From Bacteroidota bacterium (GTDB lineage Bacteria; Bacteroidota; Bacteroidia; 2-12-FULL-35-15), in NCBI GenBank assembly GCA_947469885.1, contig CANIQT010000012.1, positions 4,951 to 68,950 on the forward strand: DNA of 64,000 nucleotides. The letters run 5' to 3'. The position numbers and the translations under genes were made by a program. Below are positions 51,150 to 61,418 of the stretch, one piece after another. Positions within the stretch are counted from its first letter, which is position 1, and every line of letters starts with the position of its first letter. A model generated the notes under the pieces. The model saw only the letters and a list, made by a program, of their open reading frames with translations, had not been told where the DNA came from and searched no databases.

Positions 51150-51354
51150 TTTTTATTTATTTTTATTGGGCGATAAAGGTAGATATTTTTGCGGAGTGAT
51201 ACTTCCAGTTTTATGTTTCATTTTTGAATTGTTTTTTTCATATAATCTATTTTCAATTCTTTACCACCACTCATCCTCCCCAAACACCAACCATCAAATA
51301 AAAAATATCACATCATTTTATTTTCTACTTTTATCGCCACAAAATAAAAACGCA

Positions 51355-53481
51355 ATGAATAAAAAACTATTCCCAATTATTTTACTTTCCGCACTGGCTG
51401 CATGTAGCAGTGACGAAAAAAAAGAAACAACCAACACTATGAAATACGTGCAAACAAGAAAATGCGACACGGTGGATACTTACTTCGGCACCAGAGTTCC
51501 TGACCCTTACCGTTGGCTAGAGGATGATAAATCAGTAGAAACAGGCGAATGGGTGAAAGCTCAGAATAAAGTTACGTTTGATTATTTAGCTACAATTCCT
51601 TTTCGTGATAAAATAAAAGAACGATTAACGAAGATATGGAACTTCGCAAAGTGCAGCGCACCAAGCAAAAAGAAGAATTATTATTTCTATTCCAAAAATT
51701 CAGGAGTGCAAAATCAAAGTGTGTTGTATGTACAGGAAGGATTGACAGGAACTGCAAGAGTTTTGCTCGACCCAAATACATTGGCTGCTGATGGCACAGC
51801 ATCATTGGGAAGTAGCTCTGTGAGCAAAGATGCCAAGTACATGGCATACACCATCAACCGTGCAGGAAGCGACTGGTCAGAAATTTATGTAATGGAAATA
51901 GCTTCAGGAAAAAAATTATCAGATGAAATTAACTGGGTAAAGTTTTCTGACATAGCCTGGAAAGGCGATGGATTCTACTATTCCGCTTATGATGCCCCTA
52001 ACAAAGATGCACATACGCTTTCTAACAAAAATGAATTTCATAAAGTGTATTACCACAAAGTGGGCACGGAGCAAGGCAAAGATGAGTTGGTATATCAGGA
52101 TAAAGAACATGCACAACGTAATTTTTCGGCAGGAACTACAGAAGACGAAAAACTACTGTTGATTTATGGTTCTGAATCAACATCAGGAAACTCGCTTGCT
52201 GTAAAGGATTTAACAAAACCTAATTCTCCTTTGGTAACTCTTGTGGATAATTTCGAAAACAATTATTCTGTGGTAGGTAATGAAGGAAATAATTTATATG
52301 TGGTTACTGATAAAGGCGCACCAAAATATCAATTACTAAAAATTGATATTACTAAAAACCCAGTGTACGAAACATGGGAAAAATTAATTCCGGAAAGCAG
52401 TGATTTGTTAGAAAGTGTTTCGTTATGCAACGGAAAATTTGTTGCTAAATATTTGAAAGATGTAACCACTCGTTTGTATGTGTATGATAAATCAGGAAAG
52501 AAAGAAAACGAAATTGAACTACCCGGCATTTGCAAGGTGGATGCGTTTGACAGTGATAAAGATGATAGTCTTGCATTTTTTTCTTACAAAACATTTACCG
52601 CACCTGACGTGATTTATAAATACAATATTGTAACCAATAAAATGAACGTTTGGTTCAAGCCCGAAATTGATTTTAAGAGTGATGATTACGAAACCAAACA
52701 AGTATTTTATACAAGCAAGGACGGACAAATAATTCCGATGTTTATTACAAGTAAAAAAGGGTTGGTGTTGGATAGAAACAATCCTTGTTTCTTGTTTGGT
52801 TACGGTGGATTTAATGCTTACTACTCACCCGAATTCAGAATCGACAGAGCTGTTTTTTTAGAAAATGGTGGAGTGTATGCTATCCCTGGTTTGCGCGGTG
52901 GTGGCGACTATGGCGAAGACTGGCACAAGGCAGGAACAAAATGTCAGAAGCAAAATGTGTTTGATGATTTTATTGCAGCAGCCGATTATTTGGTAAAAGA
53001 AAAATATACATCGCACGAAAAATTGGCTATTCACGGGCGTTCCAATGGTGGTTTATTGATTGGAGCAGTAATGACTCAGCGCCCGGATTTAGCTAAAGTA
53101 GCTATTCCAACAGTTGGGGTAATGGATATGCTGCGTTATCATAAGTTCACAATCGGCTGGGCTTGGGCAAGCGATTATGGCAAGAGTGATAACCAGGAAG
53201 AATTTAATTGTATCATAAAATACTCTCCCTTGCATAATATCAAAGAAGCGGAATACCCAGCTACTTTAGTCACTACAGGCGACCATGACGACAGAGTAGT
53301 ACCTGCACATTCGTTTAAGTTTATTTCTACTCTACAGGAAAAACAAAAAGGAACAAACCCTGTATTAGTGCGCATAGATACCAATGCAGGACATGGAGCA
53401 GGAAAACCAACTTCAAAACAAATTGATGAGTACGCTGATATTTGGAGCTTTGTGTTTTATAATTTAGGGATGAAGTACTAG
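51355..53481 (+). CDS. Prolyl oligopeptidase (S9A family) lipoprotein
   Basis: The start MNKKLFPIILLSALAACSS has a lipobox; the ORF-track start at 51166 is TTG. Motifs are YGGFN, the catalytic Ser in GRSNGGLL, the Asp in TGDHDDRV and the His in NAGHGAG. The N-terminal half is beta-propeller-like. Confidence 0.9.
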   Translation: MNKKLFPIILLSALAACSSDEKKETTNTMKYVQTRKCDTVDTYFGTRVPDPYRWLEDDKSVETGEWVKAQNKVTFDYLATIPFRDKIKERLTKIWNFAKCSAPSKKKNYYFYSKNSGVQNQSVLYVQEGLTGTARVLLDPNTLAADGTASLGSSSVSKDAKYMAYTINRAGSDWSEIYVMEIASGKKLSDEINWVKFSDIAWKGDGFYYSAYDAPNKDAHTLSNKNEFHKVYYHKVGTEQGKDELVYQDKEHAQRNFSAGTTEDEKLLLIYGSESTSGNSLAVKDLTKPNSPLVTLVDNFENNYSVVGNEGNNLYVVTDKGAPKYQLLKIDITKNPVYETWEKLIPESSDLLESVSLCNGKFVAKYLKDVTTRLYVYDKSGKKENEIELPGICKVDAFDSDKDDSLAFFSYKTFTAPDVIYKYNIVTNKMNVWFKPEIDFKSDDYETKQVFYTSKDGQIIPMFITSKKGLVLDRNNPCFLFGYGGFNAYYSPEFRIDRAVFLENGGVYAIPGLRGGGDYGEDWHKAGTKCQKQNVFDDFIAAADYLVKEKYTSHEKLAIHGRSNGGLLIGAVMTQRPDLAKVAIPTVGVMDMLRYHKFTIGWAWASDYGKSDNQEEFNCIIKYSPLHNIKEAEYPATLVTTGDHDDRVVPAHSFKFISTLQEKQKGTNPVLVRIDTNAGHGAGKPTSKQIDEYADIWSFVFYNLGMKY

Positions 53482-53553
53482 GGATACGGATAGCGACTAT
53501 TGCCCTGAATTTACTAATTGAAATTATTTGTTTAACAATAAATTTATTTTCAA

Positions 53554-53967
53554 ATGGCAGAACTAAAAACAAAAAAAACAACCGTTAGTGTTGAAGACTT
53601 CATCAACACGATTGCTGATGAACAAAAACGAAAAGACTGTTTCACCATTTTAAAAATGATGGAAAAAGCCACCAAGGAAAAAGCAAAAATGTGGGGACCA
53701 AGCATCATCGGTCTTTGTGATGTTCATCTTAAATATGAAAGCGGCAGAGAACTGGATTGGTTTAAGATTGGTTTTTCGCCACGCAAGGCAAATCTTACTT
53801 TGTATATTTCCGGTGCAGTTAATGGACAACCTGAATTGATTAAAAAACTAGGGAAATATAAAACAAGTAAAGGTTGTTTATACATTAATAAACTTTCAGA
53901 TGTCAACTTGGATGTTTTGAAACAAATAATTGAAAAAGGTCTCAAGGAAAAGCCTTTTCATAAATGA
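53554..53967 (+). CDS. DUF1801 (YdhG-like) domain protein
   Basis: 137 aa. The pattern ...TVEDFINTIADEQKRKDCFTILKMMEKATKEKAKMWGPSIIG...FSPRKANLTLYI... matches DUF1801. Confidence 0.55.
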   Translation: MAELKTKKTTVSVEDFINTIADEQKRKDCFTILKMMEKATKEKAKMWGPSIIGLCDVHLKYESGRELDWFKIGFSPRKANLTLYISGAVNGQPELIKKLGKYKTSKGCLYINKLSDVNLDVLKQIIEKGLKEKPFHK

Positions 53968-54431
53968 TGATAAGGTTCGTTCTTTAAAATAGTCATTGCC
54001 CTGTAAAGCTGCTCTGCAAAGAATAACCGGACCATTTGATGAGAGAATGTCATTTTAGATAAAGAGATTTTTCCGTTGGCTCGTTTATAGATTTCCTCCG
54101 AAAAACCATACGGGCCTCCCACTACAAACACCACATTTTTTATTCCTGAATTCATTTCTTTTTGAATCAATTCTGAAAATCCGACTGAAGTATATTCTTT
54201 CCCGTTCTCATCCAGCAAAATTAATTTATCAGACGATTGAATATTTTTTAGAATCAATTCACCTTCCTTTTGCTTTTGTTGGTCAATGCTCAGGGCTTTT
54301 GTGTTTTTTAAGGCAGAAATTACAATGGTTTCAAAAGATATATAATGTTTCAGCCTCTGTTCATACACCAAAAATCCTTTTATGATATAATCATCTTCTG
54401 TTTTTCCGTTTAGAATAAGTGTTATTTTCAT
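53958..54431 (-). CDS. rlmH: 23S rRNA (pseudouridine1915-N3)-methyltransferase RlmH
   Basis: 157 aa. The motifs ...GKISLSKMTFSHQMVRLFFAEQLYRAMTILKNEPYHH and VFVVGGPYGFSEE match the SPOUT-class RlmH signature. Confidence 0.85.
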   Translation of the reverse strand: MKITLILNGKTEDDYIIKGFLVYEQRLKHYISFETIVISALKNTKALSIDQQKQKEGELILKNIQSSDKLILLDENGKEYTSVGFSELIQKEMNSGIKNVVFVVGGPYGFSEEIYKRANGKISLSKMTFSHQMVRLFFAEQLYRAMTILKNEPYHHL

Positions 54432-54549
54432 ATTTTATTATTAAATCAATTCAAAAAAAATCTATTTTTGTTTCCGATTAACAATTAAAGCAATTATTAT
54501 TTAAAATTATGGCTTAATAATTGCACCTCTTGAGGAAACAAAATTAACA

Positions 54550-54936
54550 ATGAAAACCAAATCGCTACTACTATTATTTATTATATCTTTTTCTTTGATG
54601 TCTTTTCGTTTAGATATAATTGATGATGTAGCTTCTGCCATCCGTTCGGGTAACCCGAAAAATATTTCCAATTACTTTATTGAACGCATTGATATGAAGA
54701 TGATAGACAAGGAAGATGTATACAGCAAACAACAAGCTGAAATGATTCTGAAAGATTTTTTTGATAAACATTCGGTTAAGTCATATACAGTTGCTCACAA
54801 AAGCGAACCCAAAAGTGGTTCTCAGTATGTGATTGGAACTTTGGAAACTTCTAACGGAAAATTCAGAACTTACTTCTTAATAAAAACTACTGGAGACAAA
54901 ACGCTTGTTCAGCAATTCAGAATTGAAAATGAGTAA
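54550..54936 (+). CDS. Small secreted protein, DUF4783-like, typically found upstream of nadC in Bacteroidota
   Basis: 128 aa with a signal peptide. The family call is made from memory of the DUF4783-nadC synteny. Confidence 0.4.
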   Translation: MKTKSLLLLFIISFSLMSFRLDIIDDVASAIRSGNPKNISNYFIERIDMKMIDKEDVYSKQQAEMILKDFFDKHSVKSYTVAHKSEPKSGSQYVIGTLETSNGKFRTYFLIKTTGDKTLVQQFRIENE

Positions 54937-55798
54937 AAAGTTAGTACCCGAATTACTCTATCATTTCGATATCCAACAATTTATTACTACAGCATTAGCC
55001 GAAGACCAAGGCGATGGCGACCATACTTCACTTGCCTGTATTTCTGCATCAGCTCTAGGGAAAGCACAACTGTTAGTAAAAGAAAATGGAATTCTGGCAG
55101 GAGTGGAACTTGCTTTAGAAATATTTAAAACAGTTGATAAAGCTTTAAAAGTAAAAGTATTTATTACTGACAGAAGCAAAATAAAAACAGGAGATTTAGT
55201 ATTAACAGTAGAAGGAAAATCACAATCTATATTATTAGCAGAACGGTTGGTTTTAAATTGTATGCAGCGAATGAGCGGCATTGCAACAAAAACAAATCAG
55301 TTAGTGCGACTTTGTAAAGGCACGAAAGCAAAAGTAATTGATACAAGAAAAACAACTCCTAACATAAGAGGATTGGAGAAATGGGCAGTGGTGCTTGGTG
55401 GAGGAGCGAATCATAGGATTGGTTTGTACGATATGATTTTAATTAAAGACAATCATATTGATTATGCAGGAGGAATAAAACAAGCGATTGATGCTGCCAA
55501 TAACTATTTGAAATCGAAAAAGAAAAAACTCAAAATTGAAATTGAAGCACGTAGTTTAGATGAAGTAAAACAAATACTTGAAATTGGAAACATACATCGA
55601 ATTATGTTAGACAATTTTTCAATTACAGATATTAAGAAAGCTGTAAAGTTAATTGATGGCAAGTATGAAACAGAAGCATCGGGAGGAATTACAGAGCAAA
55701 CTATAAATAGTTATGCAAAGTGCGGAGTTGATTTTATATCGGTTGGTGCACTTACTCACAATATTAAAAGTTTGGATTTAAGTTTAAAAGCAATTTAG
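54929..55798 (+). CDS. nadC: Nicotinate-nucleotide pyrophosphorylase (carboxylating), a quinolinate phosphoribosyltransferase
   Basis: The motifs ...DTRKTTPNIRGLEKWAVVLGGGANHRIGLYDMILIKDNHI... and GDHTSLA. The ORF-track start at 54905 is TTG. The first ATG is at 54929, overlapping the upstream gene by 8 nt. Confidence 0.9.
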   Translation: MSKKLVPELLYHFDIQQFITTALAEDQGDGDHTSLACISASALGKAQLLVKENGILAGVELALEIFKTVDKALKVKVFITDRSKIKTGDLVLTVEGKSQSILLAERLVLNCMQRMSGIATKTNQLVRLCKGTKAKVIDTRKTTPNIRGLEKWAVVLGGGANHRIGLYDMILIKDNHIDYAGGIKQAIDAANNYLKSKKKKLKIEIEARSLDEVKQILEIGNIHRIMLDNFSITDIKKAVKLIDGKYETEASGGITEQTINSYAKCGVDFISVGALTHNIKSLDLSLKAI

Positions 55799-55801
55799 AA
55801 A

Positions 55802-56743
55802 ATGCGACATAAACATATAAAACGATACATCCATTTTCGTCCGGTTTATAGTTTAATAAAGGCAAGCAAACGAATTGTTTTAACCGGCTTTGAAGGACTT
55901 TCGTTTTATGTTGTATCCAAATTTTTCATTAGCGGAATACGAAATGGCACATTAAATATTAGAGCTTCATCATTATCATTTAGTTTTTTTCTTGCCCTTT
56001 TCCCAACAGTTATATTCTTATTTACACTAATCCCTTACATTCCAATTGCACATTTCAAAGAAAATCTTTTTAGTTTGATGCAGAATGTAATGCCGAAGTC
56101 TGCATTTGAAGCAACCAAAGATACAATAGTGGATATTATTCAAAAACGAAGAGGCGGATTATTATCCATAGGATTCTTGTCGGCTTTATATTTTTCAACC
56201 AATGGATTTAATGCAATGATTAATGCATTTAATGAAACTTTCCATGAAATAGAAGCACGTAATTTTTGGCAACAGCGTTTGGTATCCTTATTTATGCTTG
56301 TTGTTTCTTTCCTCCTGATTTCAATTACCATTACTTTATATATAGCAACTGAATACGGGTTGCATCATATTGCACATACTCATCGTGTTTGGTATTTTAT
56401 TTTGCATTTCCTGAAGTGGCTCATTTTATTCGGACTTTGTTATTCCATTATTTCCTTCAATTATTTTGTAGGACCGAAAAAGAAAAAGGGATGGAGTTTC
56501 TTTTCGGCAGGCTCCATGTTTGCAACTATCCTCATCATACTAGCGACAGTTACTTTTTCTTATTACGTAAATAATTTCGGGAATTACAACAAACTCTACG
56601 GCTCAATAGGAACGTTGATTGTGGTGATGATGATAATTTATATCAACTCTTTGATTTTGCTTTTAGGATTTGATTTGAATGCAAGTATTCATCATGCAAA
56701 AAAACATCACGAAATTCACAGAAGAAAGTTAAAAACACCCTAA
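55802..56743 (+). CDS. YihY/BrkB-family inner membrane protein
   Basis: 313 aa, about 6 TM helices. The N-terminus reads ...LTGFEGLSFYVVSKFFISGIRNGTLNIRASSLSFSFFLALFP... A conserved G-loop reads RRGGLLSIGFLSALYFSTNGF. Confidence 0.75.
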   Translation: MRHKHIKRYIHFRPVYSLIKASKRIVLTGFEGLSFYVVSKFFISGIRNGTLNIRASSLSFSFFLALFPTVIFLFTLIPYIPIAHFKENLFSLMQNVMPKSAFEATKDTIVDIIQKRRGGLLSIGFLSALYFSTNGFNAMINAFNETFHEIEARNFWQQRLVSLFMLVVSFLLISITITLYIATEYGLHHIAHTHRVWYFILHFLKWLILFGLCYSIISFNYFVGPKKKKGWSFFSAGSMFATILIILATVTFSYYVNNFGNYNKLYGSIGTLIVVMMIIYINSLILLLGFDLNASIHHAKKHHEIHRRKLKTP

Positions 56744-57507
56744 ATAATATCCCGCTTATCTTCGTTGGTATCTCGCTTTCGTTTGATTTCCTTCCTTCGC
56801 ATTCGTACATTCGTCATCTCCACAAAAAATGAAAATGCAATAGAGATATATACAAATTTTTTGTCAACCTCTTGGTGAAAAGATTCAAGAACAAGCATCA
56901 CACCTATCATTAATAAAAAGGATAATGCCAATATTTTTATTGTTGGATTGTCATTGATAAAATCGCTTACTTTTCCTGAAAACAAAATCATAATTATCAT
57001 TGCTATTATAACAGCTGCGATCATAATTAATAAATTGCTTACCAAACCAACTGCTGTTAATATAGAGTCAAATGAAAAAACAATATCAATTAAAACTATT
57101 TGCAATACAATAGCATTAAAACTTTCTTTATTTGTCTTTATTCCACCTTCGTCATAACCTTCAACTTTATTATGCAACTCTATTGTCGTTTTATATAGCA
57201 AAAACACTCCTCCACAAAATAAAATTAAATCGCGACCTGTAACACCAAAATCAGCAATAGTAAACAAAGCATCTTTCAATCCTGCAATCCAGCTTATGCT
57301 AAATAATAATAAAACACGCATAATTAAAGCAAGCATCAAACCTATTGTACGCGCTTTGCCTTGCTTTGTTTTTGGCAGTTTACCTGAAATAATAGAAATA
57401 AAAATAATATTATCAATTCCTAAAACAATTTCTAAAACAGAAAGTGTAAGTAAACTAATTAATGAACCTATTGTAAAAAGTTCGGAAAAATCTTGGGCTA
57501 AGTGCAT
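56740..57507 (-). CDS. TerC-family integral membrane protein
   Basis: 255 aa. The segment ...LEIVLGIDNIIFISII...ARTIGLMLALIMRVLLL... carries the TerC signature DN-I-F. The gene converges on the YihY gene with a 4-nt overlap. Confidence 0.8.
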   Translation of the reverse strand: MHLAQDFSELFTIGSLISLLTLSVLEIVLGIDNIIFISIISGKLPKTKQGKARTIGLMLALIMRVLLLFSISWIAGLKDALFTIADFGVTGRDLILFCGGVFLLYKTTIELHNKVEGYDEGGIKTNKESFNAIVLQIVLIDIVFSFDSILTAVGLVSNLLIMIAAVIIAMIIMILFSGKVSDFINDNPTIKILALSFLLMIGVMLVLESFHQEVDKKFVYISIAFSFFVEMTNVRMRRKEIKRKRDTNEDKRDII

Positions 57508-57608
57508 ATATAATTTGTTTTTTGCAAAAATACAGAGATTTTAACCATTTCCTCAAAATTTTTTCTCCCTATCAATCAATGAATTAAGAATTATTTTATA
57601 TATTTTTA

Positions 57609-57631
57609 GTACTATGTGATACATGGTACTA
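57609..57631. promoter_or_regulatory. Imperfect 21-23-bp palindrome AGTACTATGTGATACATGGTACT, a candidate PadR operator, in the padR/terC divergent intergenic region
   Basis: ATGT...ACAT half-sites typical of PadR operators, embedded in the GTAC-flanked palindrome. It lies 82 bp upstream of the padR ATG. Confidence 0.4.
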
Positions 57632-57712
57632 CATTTTATATATATCTTTGCATCGCCAATTAAAAATAATTGTTTCTAAGAGTAAATTAAATTAAAAAAT
57701 AAAATAAAAATT

Positions 57713-58042
57713 ATGAATATAGAAAACACAAAAGCTCAAATGAAAAAAGGGGTACTTGAGTTTTGTATTTTATCAGTGCTTTCAAGTGGTGACCAGTATC
57801 CATCAGAAATAATTGAAAAGATGAAAGAAGCAAAACTCATTGTAGTAGAAGGAACTCTTTATCCTTTATTAATGCGATTAAAAAATGATGGCTTGTTAAG
57901 TTATCGGTGGGAAGAATCGTTATCGGGACCACCCAGAAAGTATTATAAACTAACTCCTGTTGGTAAACAATATTTAAAAGAATTGAAAACCACCTGGACA
58001 GAATTAGTGAATGCAGTAAATAAAACAATTGAAAAAAAGTAA
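57713..58042 (+). CDS. PadR-family transcriptional regulator
   Basis: The winged-HTH segment reads ...GTLYPLLMRLKNDGLLSYRWEESLSGPPRKYYKLTPVGKQYLKEL. Confidence 0.85.
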   Translation: MNIENTKAQMKKGVLEFCILSVLSSGDQYPSEIIEKMKEAKLIVVEGTLYPLLMRLKNDGLLSYRWEESLSGPPRKYYKLTPVGKQYLKELKTTWTELVNAVNKTIEKK

Positions 58043-58131
58043 ATAACAAATAGTTAATAGGTAATAGCGAATAGCCAACAGATAATATATTTTAATAATA
58101 AACAAAAATTTAAAACCAAAAACCAAACAAC

Positions 58132-59853
58132 ATGAATAAGACAATAACAATGAACTTAGGCGGCATCATTTTTCATATCGAAGAAGATGCATATGACAAA
58201 TTGAATAAATATCTGAGTACCATCAAGGGATATTTTAAAGACTCCGAAGGCAGAGATGAAATAATGACTGATATTGAATCACGAATTGCGGAGATGCTTC
58301 AGGAAAAAGTAAGCAGTGCAAAACAAGCAGTACTATTAAGTGATGTAGAATCGGTTATTGCTATAATGGGCAAGCCAGAAGATTTTGCAGGAGAAGGAGA
58401 TGGTTCTGAAAGCAAAATTAATACTGAATCTTCTTCGGAAGAAAATAAATTTTCGTATCCAAATAATAAAAGAAGACGTGTGTTCAGAGATGAAGACAAT
58501 AAAATATTAGGTGGCGTGTGTGCAGGTATTTCTAACTATTTTGACTTTGATCCGCTTTGGATACGTGCTGCTTTTGCAATTAGTTTTTTTGCATTCGGTT
58601 CAGGATTTCTGTTGTACCTTATATTATGGATAATAATTCCAAAAGCAAAAACTACTGCTGAGAAGCTAGAAATGCATGGAGAAAAAGTAGATGTTAATAA
58701 CATTGGCAAAGCAGTAAACGAAGAGTTTGAAGATTTTAAAAAAAGAATGAACGATTTTGGTGACAAAGCAAAATCGCCTGAAACAAAGGAAAAAATAAGA
58801 ACAACTGCTCAAAAAGCAACTGAGTTTTTGGGAGATGTGTTTCATAACATGATTAAAGTAGTTGGAAAAATAGTTGCCTTTTTACTTGTATTTATTGGTA
58901 TTGCGTTGATGGTGGGGTTGCTTGCTACTATTTTTGGAAGAGGAACAATTTCTGTTTTTAACTCGCCAACCAGTAATATCCATTTTTCTATATATGAATT
59001 TAGTTCCGCAGTTTTTCCTGCCGATTTACCTGTGGTGTTAGTTATCATTGCGCTTATTCTTTTCTTTGGTGTGCCCCTATTATCATTGATATATGCAGGA
59101 ATCAGACATTTGTTTGGAATAAAACAAAAAAATAAAATTGTAAAATATACTGCCAATTCCTTATGGTTAATCGGACTTGGATTAGTAATATACATTGGTT
59201 TTCAGATTGGAAATGATTTTTCGGAAGAAGCTACTGTAAAACAAAAAATAGAAATCACTCAACCGACTAGCCAAGTTCTTTATCTTGATTTAAAACCTAT
59301 GCCGGATGATGATATAGATCTTACTTACCATCGCAAACGTCATAACATTAATATAGGCGACTGGACAATGATTTCGAAGGATAACAATAAATTCAGCATT
59401 GGCTATCCTATGATGGATATTGTGAGAAGTGAAACGGATAGTTTTCAGATTGTAATAGTAAAAACTGCCAATGGTTATGATAAAAAAGAAGCAGTTTATC
59501 ATGCTAAAAATATTGAATACAGCATCGCTCAAAAGGATTCAACAATATTTTTCAACAGTTTTTTTGATATAATGAATGCGGATAAATTACGTGCCCAGGA
59601 TGTGAAAATAATTGTAAAAGTTCCTTTGAACAAAGTGATTTATTTGAGCAAACGAATGGAAAAAGTAATTTATAATATTCATAATCTTGAAGACGCCATA
59701 GACTATGATATGGTAAACCGCAGATGGATAATGGCAGAGGAGGAACTTAGATGTATTGATTGCAATGGTTTGGTAACAATAAGGAAACATAAAATTGATA
59801 CCACCATTCCAACACCACCTATTGCACCTGTTCCGGCAGAAGTAAAAAAATAA
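58132..59853 (+). CDS. PspC-domain membrane protein (the PadR-associated large PspC-domain protein common in Bacteroidota)
   Basis: The PspC domain reads DNKILGGVCAGISNYFDFDPLWIRAAFAISFFAFGSGFLLYLILWIIIPKA. Further TM helices follow, then a ~300-aa C-terminal region. Confidence 0.8.
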   Translation: MNKTITMNLGGIIFHIEEDAYDKLNKYLSTIKGYFKDSEGRDEIMTDIESRIAEMLQEKVSSAKQAVLLSDVESVIAIMGKPEDFAGEGDGSESKINTESSSEENKFSYPNNKRRRVFRDEDNKILGGVCAGISNYFDFDPLWIRAAFAISFFAFGSGFLLYLILWIIIPKAKTTAEKLEMHGEKVDVNNIGKAVNEEFEDFKKRMNDFGDKAKSPETKEKIRTTAQKATEFLGDVFHNMIKVVGKIVAFLLVFIGIALMVGLLATIFGRGTISVFNSPTSNIHFSIYEFSSAVFPADLPVVLVIIALILFFGVPLLSLIYAGIRHLFGIKQKNKIVKYTANSLWLIGLGLVIYIGFQIGNDFSEEATVKQKIEITQPTSQVLYLDLKPMPDDDIDLTYHRKRHNINIGDWTMISKDNNKFSIGYPMMDIVRSETDSFQIVIVKTANGYDKKEAVYHAKNIEYSIAQKDSTIFFNSFFDIMNADKLRAQDVKIIVKVPLNKVIYLSKRMEKVIYNIHNLEDAIDYDMVNRRWIMAEEELRCIDCNGLVTIRKHKIDTTIPTPPIAPVPAEVKK

Positions 59854-59922
59854 TTTAATAATACTGTAACTTTTAATAATTACCAATCGTCTTAATACAA
59901 AACAAATAAACCAAATTTAAAA

Positions 59923-60243
59923 ATGAAAAAAATAATTATGATTATTGCTATTGTGCTGACAGGCTCAGTGATAGCGCACGCAGGCAACGGAACAAAAATC
60001 AACTCCGTTTTATCTAAACCTCTTCAGATTCCTTCGCAATTAAAAAGTGAGAAGCTGAATGAAAAAGTAAATGTTCAGTTTAAAGTGAATGCCAAAGGCA
60101 AAGCCACAGTGATGAATGTGGAAACCAAAAATCAGGATTTAAAACATTACATCACTGAACAACTTCCTCAAATTGATTTTAATGATGTGAATGATAAAGC
60201 GGAAGAAATATATTTTGTTGACATTAATTTTAAAGTGCTGTAA
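59923..60243 (+). CDS. Small secreted hypothetical protein (106 aa)
   Basis: There is a signal peptide (MKKIIMIIAIVLTGSVIAHA). No family was recognised. Confidence 0.5.
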   Translation: MKKIIMIIAIVLTGSVIAHAGNGTKINSVLSKPLQIPSQLKSEKLNEKVNVQFKVNAKGKATVMNVETKNQDLKHYITEQLPQIDFNDVNDKAEEIYFVDINFKVL

Positions 60244-60276
60244 CTTTTTGTTACTCTTCATCGTCTTAATGGTACA

Positions 60277-60311
60277 GATACGAATTAATCGAATTTACGA
60301 ATCTGCACATG
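60277..60311. promoter_or_regulatory. Third copy of the ~35-bp ACGAATTT-containing motif (GATACGAATTAATCGAATTTACGAATCTGCACATG)
   Basis: It shares GTAC(A/G)GATAC...GAATTA(T/A)T..CGAATTTACGAAT..TG with the two promoter repeats at 29431-29533. Confidence 0.45.
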
Positions 60312-60368
60312 TAAAAAAGAATTAATATTTAAAGAGGGGTTATAAAAATTCGTGCAAAGAAAATAAAG

Positions 60369-60398
60369 GGGAACAGGTTCGTAGCATTTCCTGTTCCC
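60369..60398 (+). terminator. Hairpin (8-bp GC-rich stem GGGAACAG / CTGTTCCC, 14-nt loop): a possible terminator or regulatory structure between the 59923 and 60540 genes
   Basis: Seen directly in the sequence. It is followed by TGCCCCTTTTA rather than an immediate U-run. Confidence 0.3.
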
Positions 60399-60539
60399 TG
60401 CCCCTTTTACTTCTATGGTTACCAATAAACGAATAAAGCTAATTTACTAAACTGTACATCAATGTGGTTTCGTAAATTCGTTTTGATTAGTTTATTCGTA
60501 ACCCTTATTTTTAGTACTTTTGTTGAAACACAAAATGCT

Positions 60540-61238
60540 ATGAAAAAAATAATTTTCTTTTCCATCACTCTTTTTCTTTGTCAACTATGTTTTGCTCAGG
60601 ACACTATTGTGAAATACAATGGTGAACAAATACGCGCCAAGGTTACTGAAATTAACAGTACTGAAATAAAGTTTAAAAAATATGATTTTCTGGATGGCCC
60701 TACTTATGTAGAAAAAAAATCGGAGATTGAATCTATAAGATATTCGACCGGACTGAAAGAACATTTTGAAAAACCAAAACAAAACAACAGCACTTCAAAT
60801 CAGCCGGATTATTATGGAGGTCCGGTGGCAACTAATCCCGGAAATAAAATTTATGAAGTAGGCTCGCGATATCGTTATCAATATGCAATGCTTGGTGAGC
60901 GAGAGATGCAGGGCATTTTGATGCAAACCAATGATAAGCATATTATGGGTTTGGTAACACAAGCCAAACAAGCTAAAGGAATGCAATACATCGGTTTTGG
61001 AGGTATTGCCTGTGGTATTGCTGCGGGTTATTGTTTAGTGCAAAGTATGACTCGTCAACAAGTTTATACTTCAGGTTATTCTACCTACAGATCCAACCCA
61101 AACGAAAAGGCGCTTCAAGCTGGTGCAGCTCTCTTTGCTATTGTAGGTATAGCTTGTCCGGTGGCATCGGGAGTGTATAAAGCCAAGCGATCGAATTACA
61201 ACCGCGATGCTATTAAATTGTATAATCAAAAATATTAA
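60540..61238 (+). CDS. Hypothetical secreted/membrane protein (paralog A): signal peptide, conserved ~60-aa N-domain, two C-terminal TM helices
   Basis: MKKIIFFSITLFLCQLCFAQDTIVKYNGEQIRAKVTEINSTEIKFKKYDFLDGPTYVEKK...EHFEK... is ~45% identical in its N-domain and tail (...LYNQKY versus ...LYNERY) to 63305..63970. The ORF track extends upstream to 60462. Confidence 0.65.
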   Translation: MKKIIFFSITLFLCQLCFAQDTIVKYNGEQIRAKVTEINSTEIKFKKYDFLDGPTYVEKKSEIESIRYSTGLKEHFEKPKQNNSTSNQPDYYGGPVATNPGNKIYEVGSRYRYQYAMLGEREMQGILMQTNDKHIMGLVTQAKQAKGMQYIGFGGIACGIAAGYCLVQSMTRQQVYTSGYSTYRSNPNEKALQAGAALFAIVGIACPVASGVYKAKRSNYNRDAIKLYNQKY

Positions 61239-61418
61239 GTTAGAAATTTCAAACAACTACTTTTAATTCCATATTCGTAATTTTTAATTTCTGCCCTACC
61301 ACCCCTGTCTAGTTTTTGAACTATGACAGGGGTGTATTTTTTTCTTCCCTTTTCCTTTTCAATAAAAATATTTTTTCAGATTTTAGTTTAATTATTAATC
61401 AATTAAACTAAAATAAAA

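Noticed and set aside
57508-57712. Looked for a yybP-ykoY (Mn2+) riboswitch upstream of the TerC-family gene
   Set aside because: The 5' region is extremely AT-rich and lacks the conserved G-rich core elements of that riboswitch. No convincing match was found by eye.
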